A stretch of DNA of 64,000 nucleotides from contig OZ316899.1 in assembly GCA_973895155.1 (NCBI GenBank), forward strand, positions 1,759,573-1,823,572, in the 5' to 3' direction. Both the position numbers and the translations under genes were made by a program. The notes beneath the pieces were generated by a model, which saw only the letters and a program-made list of their open reading frames with translations, did no database searches and was not told the origin of the DNA. This document shows positions 62,911 through 64,000 of this stretch, one piece after another. Numbering within the stretch: the stretch's first letter is position 1; each line of letters opens with the position of its first letter. This DNA comes from Marsupella aquatica. Taxonomy: Eukaryota > Plantae > Marchantiophyta.

Positions 62911-63741
62911 GAAGATCTCCAAGGACAAGGGATTGGAAGCAGATACCTCTCATCTCCAGATCCTAATGACGCCTCTACCTCTGATCCACTTCCGGGCCCC
63001 AGTGATCCACCTGACAATGAGATAGTGCTTTTTGGGACTGCTCCTCTGCAAGCTGGACCTGCCCACCCAGTGGTGGTCACCCGCGCAATTGATGAATTAT
63101 CTGTCGCACTTAGGCTGGATGTGACTGCTACCCAATTTCTGTCAGATCCAGATGAAATACCTAGAGTCTACAACAGTGAATTACAACAACTTAGCAATGC
63201 TCCCTTGCGCTTCTGGAGGCTCTAGATGGGACTGATGTCAAACCTTTGGCGTTGGCCCTGGTGATACTACCAGAGACTCGCTTTGAACCTGATAAGGGAG
63301 TCTCAGATGACATGGAAGAAGGTGACGAGGAGCTCTCAGCTTCTGATATACCCTCTGACATGGAGTTATTAGAATACGAGGGATTCATTTCATGCACTGC
63401 GATAAAGAAGGACCGGGCCAGGAAGCTGGCTTGGCGCTCACCACCTCATGAAAAAAAGAAAGAGAATGGTAAGAAGAAAGCAAAAAATCAACGTTCCTTA
63501 CAGTTCTCATCCGGATGGGTGACGCCTGGGCGCAGGCTCTCCAGGGAGATGAAAAAGAAATCAATGGGGTCTCCTTTGGGTTTAGTGGATCCTCAACCGT
63601 CTACGGCGCTGCCCTACTCCCCCCATATTGTGCACATCCCTGTCGGTCCTTCGCAAGACTCTGTGGGTGGAGGACTCTAACAGCCTATGGTGATTTCTCC
63701 CCCTTGTTAGTGATCTCCTGTGGGGGAGGGAGGATAGGTTG

Positions 63742-64000
63742 ATGAAGGTTTTTTGTTTTGCCTCGTGGAATGTATGTGGTTTATGTGACCCCAATCGCAA
63801 ACTTGTGGTGGTCAAATGGATTTCTTCCCTGCGCACTCCTCTTGATGCCCTTGCGCTGCAAGAAGTTAAAGCTGATGGTTTTCGTCTGGATACTGCTCTC
63901 AGAACTATTTTGCCTTCCTATCATCACCTCTACTCTGCTCCTGAGGATGGTCGGGGAGGGGTGGCCCTCCTCCTTCATCCTTCTTTTACTATTACTTCTA
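63742..64000 (+). CDS. LINE ORF2 start, APE endonuclease (partial, open at window end)
   Basis: MKVFCFASWNVCGL...LALQEVK...GRGGVALLLHP. Confidence 0.85.
   Translation, partial: MKVFCFASWNVCGLCDPNRKLVVVKWISSLRTPLDALALQEVKADGFRLDTALRTILPSYHHLYSAPEDGRGGVALLLHPSFTITS

Larger units (their letters stand above)
61861..64000 (+). mobile_element. L1-type LINE inserted in the older gag, runs off the window
   Basis: Abrupt loss of gag similarity at 61861; ORF1-like and APE-endonuclease motifs downstream. Confidence 0.85.

Overview
Eukaryotic, repeat-saturated nuclear DNA from a land plant; the TE lineages suggest a non-seed plant (inference). No intact host gene is visible. Left part (about 1.5-24.3 kb): after computationally removing TSD-bounded insertions (two inverted solo LTRs of one family, a nested solo LTR, a MITE, a full-length Bianca-like Ty1/copia), a co-oriented, intron-containing, decayed gene cassette emerges. 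It comprises a double F-box-like gene, a ~970-aa ParB/Srx-like + degenerate beta-class DNA-methylase-like gene, a Glu/Lys/Arg-rich ESD4-type Ulp1 SUMO protease and an FCP1/SCP-like HAD phosphatase, interleaved with arrays of a CGGAAC-N3-GTTCCG palindrome. This resembles cargo of a large, possibly anti-silencing, mobile element whose transposase is not in the window. Right part (about 24.8-64 kb): nested LTR retrotransposons. A degenerate minus-strand Gypsy is interrupted by an older plus-strand Gypsy, which holds (i) a full-length younger copy of its own family (33142-48694) with 4.67-kb LTRs that each carry a ~1130-1210-codon PMD-like/coiled-coil ORF, (ii) a chromovirus with AGT...ACT LTR ends, and (iii) an L1-type LINE running off the window. 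Domain calls are by motif recognition only; no searches were run.
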